A DNA stretch of 64,000 bases, taken from the NCBI GenBank assembly GCA_964016885.1, contig OZ024741.1, forward strand, positions 121,830,001 through 121,894,000, read 5' to 3'. The notes beneath the pieces were generated by a model. That model did no database searches, was not told the origin of the DNA, and was given only the letters and a program-made list of their open reading frames with translations. A program made the translations under genes and the position numbers. Shown piece after piece: positions 1-12,022 of this stretch. Every line of letters begins with the position of its first letter. The first letter of the stretch is position 1. This DNA is from Eledone cirrhosa. Taxonomy: Eukaryota.

Positions 1-260
1 ATGAGGGAGAATAGGTGATGTTGTGGGTGTCTTTGGCTGTCTAGTGCGGCAATAATATCACCTTTTCGCGTGCGATGTAAAACTTGCCCTCTCCCTCTTT
101 TTCCCAATCTTTCCTTATCTTCACCCCGTTTTATCTTTTTTTTCTCTCCTCCTGGTTATTCTTTAATAGTTTTCTTTTTATAATTTCATCATTATATACT
201 TCTATTCAACAATAATTTTGTATGTCAATTTATAAAATTAAAAATTTCTCATTAATGTAG

Positions 261-394
261 GTTGCTAATATTTGTTGGAAATTACAAAATTTTAACACAG
301 TAGGCAACATTATATCAGCCTTCCATCACCCAACAATATTTCAATGGAATAAAATATTGAAACATTTCAAGACGAAATATCCATTTTCCTATGA
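261..394 (+). CDS. Host gene exon (upstream exons outside window); RasGEF/CDC25-homology domain
   Basis: Acceptor ..taatgtag| and donor |gtaagt. Translates VANICWKLQNFNTVGNIISAFHHPTIFQWNKILKHFKTKYPFSY, matching the CDC25 motif C..L.NFN....I.SA....I. Ends phase 2, matching the next exon. Confidence 0.85.
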
Positions 395-2246
395 GTAAGT
401 ACCTTGTCTTCCTTTCATAATGATAGATCTTCCGTCGGTTTCGATGATGAGCATTCAGTCATTCGGTCAGCCGGTCGGATTTTTCAGCTCTTGAATTAAC
501 GTTTAACACATGTGTAAGCACCCATAACTTAATTCTCAGAGAGATTTAGCATGACACAATATATGACATGGCTGGGCCTTTGGCTTATAGGTACAAAGTG
601 TCATGTATTTATGATATATCAATTATAGTGTTGTTGTTTGTCCTCTGTCGCTTCAAGCTGATCGAACAACGGGACAGCCTGCTCCTAAATTGAACGTGCA
701 CGTGGCTGATGATTCGACACATATGTGTACCCTTAATGTATTTCTCAGGGAGATTTAATGTGACTGCGTTTACAAAGCCGGGCCTTTGAAATACATGTAC
801 AACTCCTTTATTATCAGATGAGTGAACTGAAGCCTTGTGAAATAACGTGTCTTGTTCAAAGCCACAACGCATCACCAGGTCCTGAAATCAAAGGTACGAC
901 TTGATTTGAAATTAAATTGCGAGTGGTTGACTATTCCATAGACACGTGCAACCTCTACGTAGTTCTCTAGGAGATTCAGCATCACACAGTTTGTGACAAG
1001 GTTGGCATTTTGGAGTATAGGTACAATTATGTTTGTCAGCTGTGTTGACTAGTTCAACGTAAAATAAATGCAGAAGGATGGTACAAATATGATCAATGTG
1101 CTGGCGGGAATCGAACACATAACCTTAAGGTCGTGAGCTGAACACCCTAACCACTAAACCACGATTAAAATATGTACCACATTTAGTACATACATAGAGC
1201 GTCAGTTTAAATGCTTTGTCATATTTGTATCGTTCAAATACCACCGAGTTAATCTTCCTCTTTTATCTCTTTGTGGTCAATAAATAGTTCTATCCCAGAG
1301 CGGTCGAATGCGGTATCTGTTTCATTCTTTTCAAATCCTCCTGCTTGTTAGTGCGGAATAGAAATATAATATAACTGCCCCACCACATATCATTAAAAAC
1401 ACCCAGAGACCTCATATGAAATGGGACTATGGCTAAACCTACATATGTGTGAACTGTAAATTAAATTTTTTTTTTCTTTTTCCATTTTCATCTCATGTCC
1501 TTTGCAAAACATCAGTTGAATGTTGCCTCATAGTCCCATATGGCAGAATAACGAATGGGTTACTCCGGAGGTGTGATGGTAAATTTTTATTTAAGCATAA
1601 GGCCAGTAATTATGAGGGAAATAGGAGAAAGTCAATTATTTTCCAGTACTCGACTAGTACTATATTTTATTATACTCAGAAGGATGAAATACAAATCTGA
1701 TCTCGTTGCGATTTGAACTCAGAATGCAAAGAGCCGAATAAATACCGCAAAGCATTTGTCTAATGCTCTAACGGTTCTGCCTGTCAACTGTAATAATAAC
1801 AATGACAACAATATGCTTATTAGGCTTATTATTCATCACGAAAGAAATGTATATTACTTCGATAAATATTTTCCCAACGTGATCGGCGCGTTGTTTCTTT
1901 CAACAAGACTTTATTTCACGTTACTCCAATCCACTCAACCATAAAAAAACTGAGTTGCAGGAACAGCATCAACAGTAGGTAGACGTTAACGCTGTGATAG
2001 ACTGGTGTTCCTTTTAAAGATATGTCTTGTGCGCTCAGTCACTTAACATCAGTGAAGCCGGACTTAGCTCCAGCCAGATGAGCTACTGGGTTTGTGTCAA
2101 ACTAACTTTTACCAACATAAGAAATCTTTATTATTACGTAAATCCCTTTTCTTTGTTTTTTTTTATGTATTTCTATAATTAAATTTTTCTGCTTACTTAA
2201 TTGTTTATGAATTTAAGTGTGTATTACTATATATTATTTTCTTCAG

Positions 2247-3141
2247 CTTATATCAAAGATTAACTTGGGTCTTTTATGGCGATAATTTTCGTCCTTATCG
2301 TAATGTATTAAAGAAGGCTTCCGAGAATCCACCATATATACCTTGGATTTCCCATTTCCTGTGGCATATTGTGATTCCATCTTGGGACACATACATAAGC
2401 ACATGGAAAAATATACGGCAGGTAGCAACTGACAAAGAGAATTCTAAAGAAACCATGTCTGATGATAAAATCACCAAAACTGAATGCAAATCACCGGCTC
2501 CATCAAAATCTAAAGACATATCAGAAAGTAACTCATATCAATCGGATATTAATGATTTCAATTCATCCGAATTATTGGAACAGAATGATGTTTATTCAGA
2601 AACGGAAACAGAAGAAGCACCAACAGAAATAAAATTATCAACACGCTCAGAACAATCCAGGGAATCAACGTGGGGATATAGCGAGAGAACCGCTAGAACA
2701 GAACCCAATAGATCTCGTAATCTAAATTCAATTTCCATGGATCGTAGACTGGTTAATAGAGGTAACGACAGAAGTAAAGAAACGGAAATAGAATCACCAA
2801 AAAGACCAGAAATGAATAAACTGAAATCGAAATGTATTCGCCCGAAAAGTACTATAGAGGAAGAAACATATGTTAGCTCGCTTGAAATATATTTGGCTGG
2901 GAAGAACATCCGCAATTCAAATATGACTTACACTAAACATACTGAGGTTGCATCTACAACATCAGTGACAAGCCGCGAAGACTTTCTTTGGGAAACGAGC
3001 AGTGAGAGCATTTCAACCCATGGAACTGGGAGTTGTACTGATGATATCCCGGTGTGCATAAATGTTTCAAAAGCTCTGAACGATATCTATCAAAGAAAAC
3101 AAAAAAGCGGCGTCAAAGTGAAAGGAAAAAAAAAATCTTCA
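2247..3141 (+). CDS. Host gene exon: CDC25 SCR3 region followed by a long Ser/Glu/Thr/Lys-rich insertion
   Basis: Acceptor ttttcttcag| and donor tca|gtaagt. Open frame (D)LYQRLTWVFYGDNFRPYRNVLKKASENPPYIPWISHFL.. resembles NF..YR..L....PP.IP in RasGEFs. Contains ORF 2371-3183. Phase 2 to 0. Confidence 0.85.
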
Positions 3142-3254
3142 GTAAGTGCTATTCTTATTAAAAATCTGTTCCTAGAACCGTAATTTGAGGCGTAAATCAC
3201 ATGAAGCTAGGACTATTCCTAGAAATGCTCGTGTTTATTCTGTCTTTTTTGTGA

Positions 3255-3568
3255 AGGTGCGTGTCTTATTGGTTAGGGTATTCAGTCCAAGATTGAAAGG
3301 TCGTGAGTTCGATTCCTGGCGGCGCGTTGTGCCCTTGATCAAGGCACTTTATTTCACGCTGCTCCAGTCCACGTAGCGGGCAAAAATGAGTTGTACCTCT
3401 AATTCGAAGGGCTAGTCTTATCATATTCTGTGTAACGCTAAGTCTCCCTGAGAACTACATCAACGGTACCCGTGCTTGTGGAATGCTCAGTCACTTGCAG
3501 GTTATTTTCACGAGCAGGCTGTTTGGTTGATCGTATCAACTGGAAAACTCATCGTCGTAACCGACGGA
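3255..3568 (+). mobile_element. tRNA-derived CORE-like SINE (family 1)
   Basis: A/B-box-like tggttagggt..gagttcgattcc then gtgcccttgatcaaggcacttt. Related pieces on the minus strand at ~430-600, 620-890, 960-1165, 4820-4900 and 60050-60186. Confidence 0.75.
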
Positions 3569-3645
3569 ATGGCACATATATATATATGTTTATAATTTTC
3601 AAAAGATCTAACATTTACTCAGAATCTAAATATCGGTTATTATTT

Positions 3646-3838
3646 ATTGTGGATTGGGAGTATCGGTAGAGGGTCGGACGCCATGCTTTGCAGCATAGTT
3701 ACGTCCCTTTACGGACTGAGTTCAAATTCCGCCGAGGTTAACTTTGCCTTTCATCCTTACGGGGTCGATAAAATAAAGTACCAGTAATGCACTGGGTAAT
3801 TGCTGGCCTTGTGCCTAAAGTAGAAACAATTATTTATT
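3646..3838 (+). mobile_element. tRNA-derived SINE (family 2)
   Basis: gagttcaaattcc B box, central gcctttcatccttacggggtcgataaa, (ATT) tail. A diverged neighbour lies at ~3845-4045. Confidence 0.8.
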
Positions 3839-4394
3839 GACGTTAGAGGGCGTTGAATTGGCAGTATTGGTAGAGCGGCGGACATGTTTTGTGACATAGA
3901 GTTATGACCCTTTATATTCTGATTTTTCAAATCCTCTCGGGGTCGATAAAATAAAGCACCAATAACGAACTGGGGTCGATATAATCAACTTACCCTGCCC
4001 CAAATTGCTGTTCTTGTGACTATATCAGAAACCACTACTTATTGACATTAGGATGAATTAGTGAGATGAAGATTGCTCCCGATGACAGAATTGATAAAAC
4101 ACGGAGAGGATTTTCAATGGAGTGCCTTTTTCCGTTGCCTTCTCCAGGCAGCAAATTATCAGAGTCATATTAATTCCGCCTTTTTGGGTTTTTGAGTTCA
4201 AATTTTCCTGTTTTATCTTTTCCTTTCAAAGTCGATAATTAAAGTACCTCTTGAAAGGTTACAGTTTGAATTTGTATTACAATCTATTTTATCGGCTCCA
4301 ATATGACGGCAACGTTGAACAAGGTAGAATTTGAACTCAGAACGCAGAGAGCCGGAACAAATAATTTCAAAACACATAGAAAAGTGTCGGTAAA

Positions 4395-4600
4395 AGTACC
4401 GGTCACTCTCCAATAGACTTATAGTCGAACCCATAACAGTGGAAACATCTGGTGTCCTGGGTTTCCGAACCACTTCCCTACTTACTTGTATCGAGACGGA
4501 GGTGACTATCCACAAGAATGAGCCTCGCGAATTAGACCTGCTCTCTAGCTATCCACTGGGTGTAACGCATTCGCAATTTTGTCTGCACGGACAATGAGGC
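4395..4600 (+). mobile_element. Degenerate CRE-like LINE 3' fragment
   Basis: aagtaccggtcactctcc..gtggaaacatctggtgtcctggg is homologous to the RLE C-terminus at 58560-58800 (KYRSLS..VETSGVLG). Confidence 0.6.
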
Positions 4601-5180
4601 AACACACATCTGATATTTTGCAAAGGAAAGATATGAAATGGAAAAATAATAATTTCCAACTGATATCTATGCAGGTGTAACTGGCTCGTGATTTTAATGA
4701 TAGGGCCACAATTATTTCATGTTGTTGTTGGAGCTCACACCTATGCATATTTAATTTGTCTCTAACGTGAGTGAAAATCTAAGGAGGTTTTTTAGGCATT
4801 GCTTTTAATTATAAGAACCACTCCCAGTCATGTTGTGAAAAGCAACGTGATCAAAGTGTCTTGCTTAAGAACACAACGCGCTGTGTGGTCCAGAAGCCGA
4901 ATCCAAGTATACTCTAAATACTAGGTCCCATCCCTTTACTTGAAATGGTAATATTATCAATTAATGCCGGATGCTGTGACAACTCTTACTGTACTGGGTA
5001 TCGCAGTCATACAGCATATGTTTGATACGTTGTTCTACATCCGCAGGCGTTTCTATACTCTATTTTCCGTACACAGAGGTAAATCACTCTGGTTATTCAA
5101 CTATTTTATAGTTAATATAAGCAAATTAATTTTATATTTACAATGCATATCTTTAACTTCATGTTTTCTGATTTTTAAAG

Positions 5181-5253
5181 AAAATGAAAAATCGGTTGAC
5201 GAAACCATTACTTCATCGTGATGAACCAGCAACTCTTAGCATAATAGGACGGG
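5181..5253 (+). CDS. Host gene exon (73 nt)
   Basis: gatttttaaag| ... g|gtagga; KMKNRLTKPLLHRDEPATLSIIGR. Phase 0 to 1 bridges the exon ending at 3141 and the exon starting at 17908. Confidence 0.65.
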
Positions 5254-5386
5254 GTAGGAATTCATTTTTCTATCAAAATTTTCTCCGAATGTCTGATTAT
5301 AATTTTTGATACATGAGTTTAGGGAAGCCGTGGGATCAAATGAAATAATGGAAATTCACCAAATGTACACGTCAATGCGTGTGTAC

Positions 5387-5453
<67 letters not shown>

Positions 5454-5545
5454 AAATATATTCGTTTATAAATATGTGTGAGTGTTTGTGCGTACGTTTC
5501 TGTATACATGCATATATATATATATATATATATATATCTATCTAT

Positions 5546-5695
5546 CTAAGGCGGGTAAAATTCCCGAGATCCATGGACGAGTTCTCTCCAGCGGTCTCTG
5601 TCCCTCATTATCGCTGCCATATCCTGCATCTCCAACAGACCAGTGTCTGTCCTTAGGGCATCAACATATGTTAACCTTGGTCTTCCTCTTCTAGT
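5546..5695 (-). mobile_element. RTE-clade LINE 3' end fragment
   Basis: Minus strand RRGRPRLTYVDALRTDTG..MRDRDRWRELV..* followed by an (ATAG)n tail. Confidence 0.7.
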
Positions 5696-6329
5696 GTGTC
5701 CATGTATATATATACACAATTTGTTTTCGCTCTATCATACATATTCGTAAGTTAATGACAATAATATTATAATAATATTATTAACATTCGGTTCGTTTAC
5801 AAGCAAACAGCCACATAACTCCATGTGTGTTTTATAGATGACTGACGTCATCCTTTTGTTCCAGCGGTAGCAGAGAGAAAATGGTTAACAATTTTTTCGG
5901 AGTTATTGCCTCTTATCAAGACTATATACCCTCTTGCCATTGCTACTTGCTGGAATTGCTGAGAATATATAGTATTCTGAAAGGTATACATCGACTGATT
6001 AGTCTAATTTGCATATCGAGCAATTTTACGGCCGGCTTTGTCGAGAATTAAAAAACAAAATTTGTTTTCGCTCTAACATACCTAAACGCTCATACCTAAA
6101 CGTGTTCGTGAGTAGTGGTAGTAGTAGTAGTATATTTTAGCCAAACCCTCCCAGTCATTCCAAAAGGCAATAGGATTGATAAAATTCGAGACTGTTTGAA
6201 AAAATCGACCCTTTGGGCTTCTATCACAGTTTTGAAGCTCGCTACAAACATTAGGGAACATCTTGGTGGAGTCTAACAATCAGAGCAGTTCATCTAGAAT
6301 CTGTTAATGCTAAGGGACGGTAGACTTCC

Positions 6330-7160
6330 TATAGATAGAAAGGTAGCTATTGATATGTCATATAGGCACGATGGTGGAATCATTATTCCAACTCATAGAA
6401 AAAGTGTTCCTTAATCTAGAATATCAGTTCGAAAGTCCCAAGTGGGTCAGTGAAAGTGCTATATTGGCACAGAAAGATGTGACAGTGAAATGGATAAATC
6501 AAGAGTTGTTAAAAAGAATTCCAAAGGTTTTGAAGTTCTATCAATCCTTCGACACTGTGTTGGAACAGTCGGAAGCTGTCAATTACCCAACAGTTCCTCA
6601 ACGCTTTAGAACCACCAGGAATGCTTCCACATGTCCTTCACCTTAAACAAGGAGCACCCAACAGGTTATTGAGGAATTTGGACCGATCAAGGCTATGCAA
6701 CGGCACTCGATTGATTGTGAAAAATATGTATCCACACGTGATTTTTGCTACCATTTCAATAGGATATGGGAGGGGAGAGGATGTGTTCGTTCCAAGAATT
6801 CCTCTTATCCCCACTGATGTCCCATTTCAATTCAAACGACTTCAATTTCAAGTGTGACTTAGTTTTGCCATGGTCATCAACAAATCACAAGGACACACAT
6901 TTTTGGTTGCCGGTTTACACACTGAAGAGCCCTGCTTCACCTATGGTTAGCTTTGAATGTTCAGGAGGAGGAAGTCAGAAAAATCTTTACATCTATGCAC
7001 TAGATGGAAAAACAACAAACATTCTTTATAAAAACATTATAAATTGACCCAATTAATAAAGAAATCTGTCCACTCTTCGGGGAAATAAATACATGGTCTA
7101 ACATTCTGACATGGAATAAAAAAAAAATTGAAATAAAAGCATAGTATTCGGGTTACTCAG

Positions 7161-7165
<5 letters not shown>
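6330..7165 (+). mobile_element. Helitron 3' fragment with frameshifted Pif1-family helicase
   Basis: AILAQKD, LLRNLD..LCNGTRL, PRIPLIPTDVPFQFKRLQF and AMVINKSQG motifs spread across broken frames; CTAG-like end near 7161. Confidence 0.85.
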
Positions 7166-7214
<49 letters not shown>

Positions 7215-7231
7215 AATTATTATTATTATTA

Positions 7232-7630
7232 TTTCTACTTTTGGCACAAGGCCAGCAATTATCCCAGTGCATTACTGGTACTTTATTTCATCGACCCCGT
7301 AAGGATGAAAGGCAAAGTTAACCTCGGTGGGATTTGAACTCAGACCATAAAGGGCCGTAACTCTTTGCTGCAAAGCATGACGTCCGACTCTCTACCGATA
7401 CTGCCAATCCACCGCCCTTAATAATAATAATAATAATTATTATTATTATTTCTTCTTTTGGCACAAGACCAGCAATTATCCCAGTGCATTACTGGTACTT
7501 TATTTTATCGACCCCGTAAGGATGAAAGGCAAAGTTAACCCTGGCCGGATTTGAACTCAGACCATAAAGGGCCATAACTCTTTGCAGCAAAGCATGGCGT
7601 CCGACCCTCTACCGATACTGCCAATCCAAT
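7232..7630 (-). mobile_element. Two tandem copies of SINE family 2
   Basis: 7232-7418 and 7450-7630 are reverse complements of 3646-3838, separated by (TAA)/(TTA) tracts. Confidence 0.85.
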
Positions 7631-7636
7631 GCTTTT

Positions 7637-10600
7637 CTTATTAACCACAAGGGTTTACACAAAGTAAGACATTAAGGACAATACAGGACAATACAGGACG
7701 GTACAAATGGGCATTTCTGCATGTAAAAAAACCAAAAAAACAGAGGATGTAACAAAAAAAGAACAATAAAAAATTCCCCAATAGGGGGGAGACTTCCGAG
7801 GGACGTTTGTGGAGAAAGCCCATTAACAGACCACAGTGACCCTGACCACCAGGGCAAGTGCCCTCTCCCAGTTTTCCACCTTTAATTTAGACACATACTC
7901 AGAGAAGGCCCATTAATTCGGGCCATACTTCCTCTCTCACCCACCTTTCAACAAAATGCAGGGAAGAGTGCACTTCCCTCGCTACCCTGATTTTCCTTTT
8001 CAAATGAAATTTGAAAAAGTTAATCAGGGCATCACCGAAGAGGTAAGTGCTCGTCTTCAGCCCTTTCAAACGTGTCCACCATACTATCTCTTTCGCCATG
8101 GCCACCAGACAGATAAAAACTGCCTGCCCTTCCCGGCTAAAGGAAGAGGGTGGGGCAATCCTCACGATGGAGTCAGCTGATAGCTGGATCCGTCCTACAC
8201 GTGACAGCAGGTGTTCAACATAAACCCACAAGTCAACAATGCTCGGACACTGGACGAGTGCATGCAGGACGAAGTGTCGCTGAAAAGCTTCACACATTTG
8301 GCCGGGTTCGAGTAGCATGCGCCCGTCGTGGTCCACCAAAGACCGGATCGTGGCTTCGTTGCCACGACGCGCCTCCGCCACTCGGGCCCATTGAACGGCT
8401 TTCGTCCCCTCGTGTCTGAGAGCAAGACCAGATCGTGGCTTTGTTGCCACGACGCGCCTCTGCCACACGGGCCCATTGAATGGCTTTCGTCCCCTCGTGT
8501 CTGAGAGCACGCACCCTAGCTCTGACAACGCAGCCTTCGTGCTTTGCATTGAAGAATTGGTCAAGGGCCAATTTCGTCGCAAGTACGTCGGTCGCGATGC
8601 CTTTGCAAAGCGCCTCATCTAATTTTCTAACTAATTCTCCCTCTGCTCTATTTTTCTCTATTGCTAAAGCCTTACTAAACCTAATGGACTCTATTCTAAT
8701 TGCTCTTTTCAGAGCAAACCACCACTTGTTGTTGACGATGGCCCCCGTCAACGCCCGCTTAACTAGTCCGCTAATCCGGTCTCTGTAGGCCTTGCGCGCT
8801 GGTAAGGACGCGTTTAGCTTCCAGTAGCCGGGTCCTCGTCTATGAAGCCTATCTAAGTCAAGCACACAGATCACGAATTTGTGGTCCGTGTAGCTGACTA
8901 TCTTGAATTGTGGACAGCCTATGCTAGACCTATCTATTTCCCTACAAAATACTCTATCCAGATATGATCTGCATGACCCTAATGCGATTTGTCCAAGTCC
9001 ACATTGGTACATTCGGGAAATCCAATCGGTACCTGTCAGACAGTTCAAAACCCCTGAGCAGGTTGGTGAGACTCTTGCACCCTCCTCCACTAACCACTAA
9101 TCCCACACAATCCCAGCGTGCATCTAAGATCCCGTTCCAGTCGCCCACTAACACTAAATAGCGGGACGTTCCAAGTAAGGTCTCCAGACGCCGGAAGAAA
9201 TCAGGCCGCCCTGCTCCTGTCGGGGCATAGATGGCCACTAACCTGAAAGCTTGCCCGTCTCCGCTGGTCACGTCCAGCACCACCAACTTACCTTCTGGGT
9301 CCAGGAAGATGGCCCGTATGGCAAGATCCAAACCTCTCCGAAAAAGCACAGCAACTCCCACACCCGATCCCGGACGGCTGGGAGATGCGTATACATCGTA
9401 GCCGCCTAAGATCGGTGCGAAGGCCCGTGCTTCGGTGATTCTGGTCTCGCTGATGGCCACTACATCTATGTTTAGTGACCTGAGGTCGTTGAGCAGGTGG
9501 CCCTGCTTCCATGATGACCCCAAGCCACGCGCATTTATGCTGCCTATTCTGAGTGGGGTCATGTTGAAATGGAGTGGAAAAGATGGGAAAGACCACTTAC
9601 CTTACTTCTCGTAGAGGAAGGACGGTTTTTCCATCCTTTTCACTGCTTGGGGCCTTTCAGGAAGGATGTCCTTATAAATCCTCCTGGATAGTGCTTGTCG
9701 GAAGTCTCCGATGTCTTTGGGGAATTTTTGTTTTAGTGTCATGTACGTTTTCTGTGTGATGCGAGTGATTTGTATGTGTGGAGGTGGTGTGAATTTTTGG
9801 GTTGTTGTGTAGTCTTTTTCTGTGATGCTGGTGTTGTGTTGGATGTAGTGTAATAATTGCTTGTTGTTCAAATTTAATGCTGTGTAGTGTGTATCGTTTT
9901 GGTTGTTTTGTTTTGTTTGCGTTTGTTGTGGGTTTGTTTCTGTTTCGCATTTTGGTGACTTTTGTGGTGTAGGTGATGGTGGTGTTGGGGTTAATGATGG
10001 TGATGGTGTTGGTGTTTGGGGTGATGGGGTTGGTGATGCTGGTGTGGATGGTGGCATATCTGTCCTAACTTTTTTGTTTGTTAATTTATTTGTTTCCCTC
10101 TGTATTTTGTTTTTGGTAGCAATATTTTAAATTTGTCTCAGGCAGACATTCATTTCCCACCATTACCAATGACTGCAGGTGTTAAAGCCGCCACCACCAC
10201 CACCACCACCGCGACAACAGAAACAAAAGGAAGAGAATTTTTTCTTTTTTGGTTTCTTTTTTTCTTTTTTCCTGATACTGTTTCCCACTCCTCGTCGTCA
10301 CAATTTTTCTCCAGTTGTGATAGGCCGGGGAGTGGAAAATCCTCCACAGGCGTTGGTTTTGGTTGTGGCGTGGTGGATGGTGTAGGCGCTGGTGCTAGTT
10401 CTGAACCGTTGGATGGTGGTGGTGTTGGTTTTGCTGGTGGTGGTGGTGTTGGTTTAGCTACTGTTGCTGGGTTGTTGCTGTTATAGTTGCTTCTGTTGTT
10501 GCTGCTACAGTTGTTGCTGCCATCTCTGCTACTGGTGGTGTTGATGGTTGAGTCACTGGGGTGGGTAGGAGAGGTGGCCTCAACCTTTTAGCCTGAGGGC

Positions 10601-11556
10601 AGAAAGCCCTTAGGTGGGTTCCTTCACCACAACGGACACACCTAGGCCTTCTGCCCTCGACAATTACGGTGAGGTGGCTGCCGTCAGTGAGGTCTATTAC
10701 CTCTGGGATCTCCTCAATGCTTTTTTGGTCCGCTTGGATCAGGAGCTCCATCCCAGATCCGGACCAGTTCTCCTGCTTTTCTTTTGCTATTGCTATTATC
10801 TTGGTGTTGGCTTCGATGCCGGCGACGACGGCCGCTATTAGCCAGGGAATTTCGATGGCCGGTAATCATCTTTCTTTACCATTTTTTTGGCATTTTCTAA
10901 TTCCTCCTGAGTTACCGTAAATGATTCGCACTGTTTTGCTACTCTGGCAAAACTCAGGGTGGTTTTTTTAATGTCATTGTTGCTGCTGTTGTTATCGTTA
11001 TTTTTGTTATTATTAATTTTAGTTTCAGTTGTGGTGGTGGTGACGTCAGTGGTGTTCGGTGTGGAAGAGTCCATTTTGGTTGAAAACATTTCGACATCAC
11101 GAGTTGATTTATTTTTTCCTTTTGTTTCTGTTGTCGCGGTGGTGGTGGTGGTGGTGACGGCTTTAACACCTGCAGTCATTGGTAATGGTGGGAAATGAAT
11201 GTCTGCCTGAGACAAATTTAAAATATTGCTACTGATTACATTTTTAGTGTTGGCAAACGTAGTAATATTTATAATGGTGGTGTCGGTATGAGGTGTTAGT
11301 TTATGAGGAAGGCTGTCAGCTTTGTGTGGCTGTGAGACATCCATGTTTTTTTTTCAAAGAATTTTTTTTTGATAATTATAAATGTTTAAATTTTGGGCAC
11401 AGGCCCCAATCTTTTTGGGTGTCCTTTTCGGAAAACAATGTATTTGCGCTTATAAACAGTTAACAATATCATTTTCCATAAATGGCAATTTTTAACAAAC
11501 GGAAATAACAAACCTTTGCGGAGCTCACGATGATACGATTTACTACGTAGGTCGCC

Positions 11557-11557
<1 letters not shown>
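7637..11557 (-). mobile_element. Tx1/L1-clade LINE, internally deleted
   Basis: ORF1 with CCHC knuckle RCVRCGEGTHLRAFC (10458-11344). ORF2 APE endonuclease SINARGL..ISET..GDWN..YLDRV..TDH..GYWKLN (8290-9562) is joined to a C-terminal fragment (7899-8270); the RT is missing. (TAA)n at the 5' flank. Confidence 0.85.
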
Positions 11558-11609
<52 letters not shown>

Positions 11610-11643
11610 AAGAACGAATGGTTACTCCTTCATTACCTTTATA

Positions 11644-11896
11644 TATTCGTTTTTGAATTTGTCAAGCGAGATTTCTTATTTGAAAACGTGTGTTGAAACG
11701 GATATTGTTATACTTTGGGAGGGTCATATTGCCAATAAAGACACACGCACCTGTTGGGTTTCACTTCAATTTATTATAAATTTCCGGTTGGCTGGTTAGT
11801 TTAATAACCAACCGGAAATTTATAATAAATTGAAGTTGTGAAAACGAACAGTTGCGTGTGTTTTTATTGGCAACATGACCCTCCCAAAGTATAACA

Positions 11897-11900
<4 letters not shown>
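11644..11900. mobile_element. Fold-back element family A, copy 1
   Basis: Inverted arms 11702-11791 / 11808-11900 with terminus ATATTGTTATACTTTGGGAGGGTCA; one-sided tail 11644-11701; abuts (TA)n. Confidence 0.85.
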
Positions 11901-11958
<58 letters not shown>

Positions 11959-11982
11959 AACCATATATATATATATATGTAT

Positions 11983-12020
<38 letters not shown>

Positions 12021-12022
<2 letters not shown>

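Noticed and set aside
2371-3183. 270-aa ORF as a standalone gene
   Set aside because: The frame is open upstream to a splice acceptor at 2246 and there is a donor at 3142; it is an internal exon.
3646-3730. tRNA gene
   Set aside because: The A/B-box-like head belongs to a multi-copy SINE and does not form a full cloverleaf.
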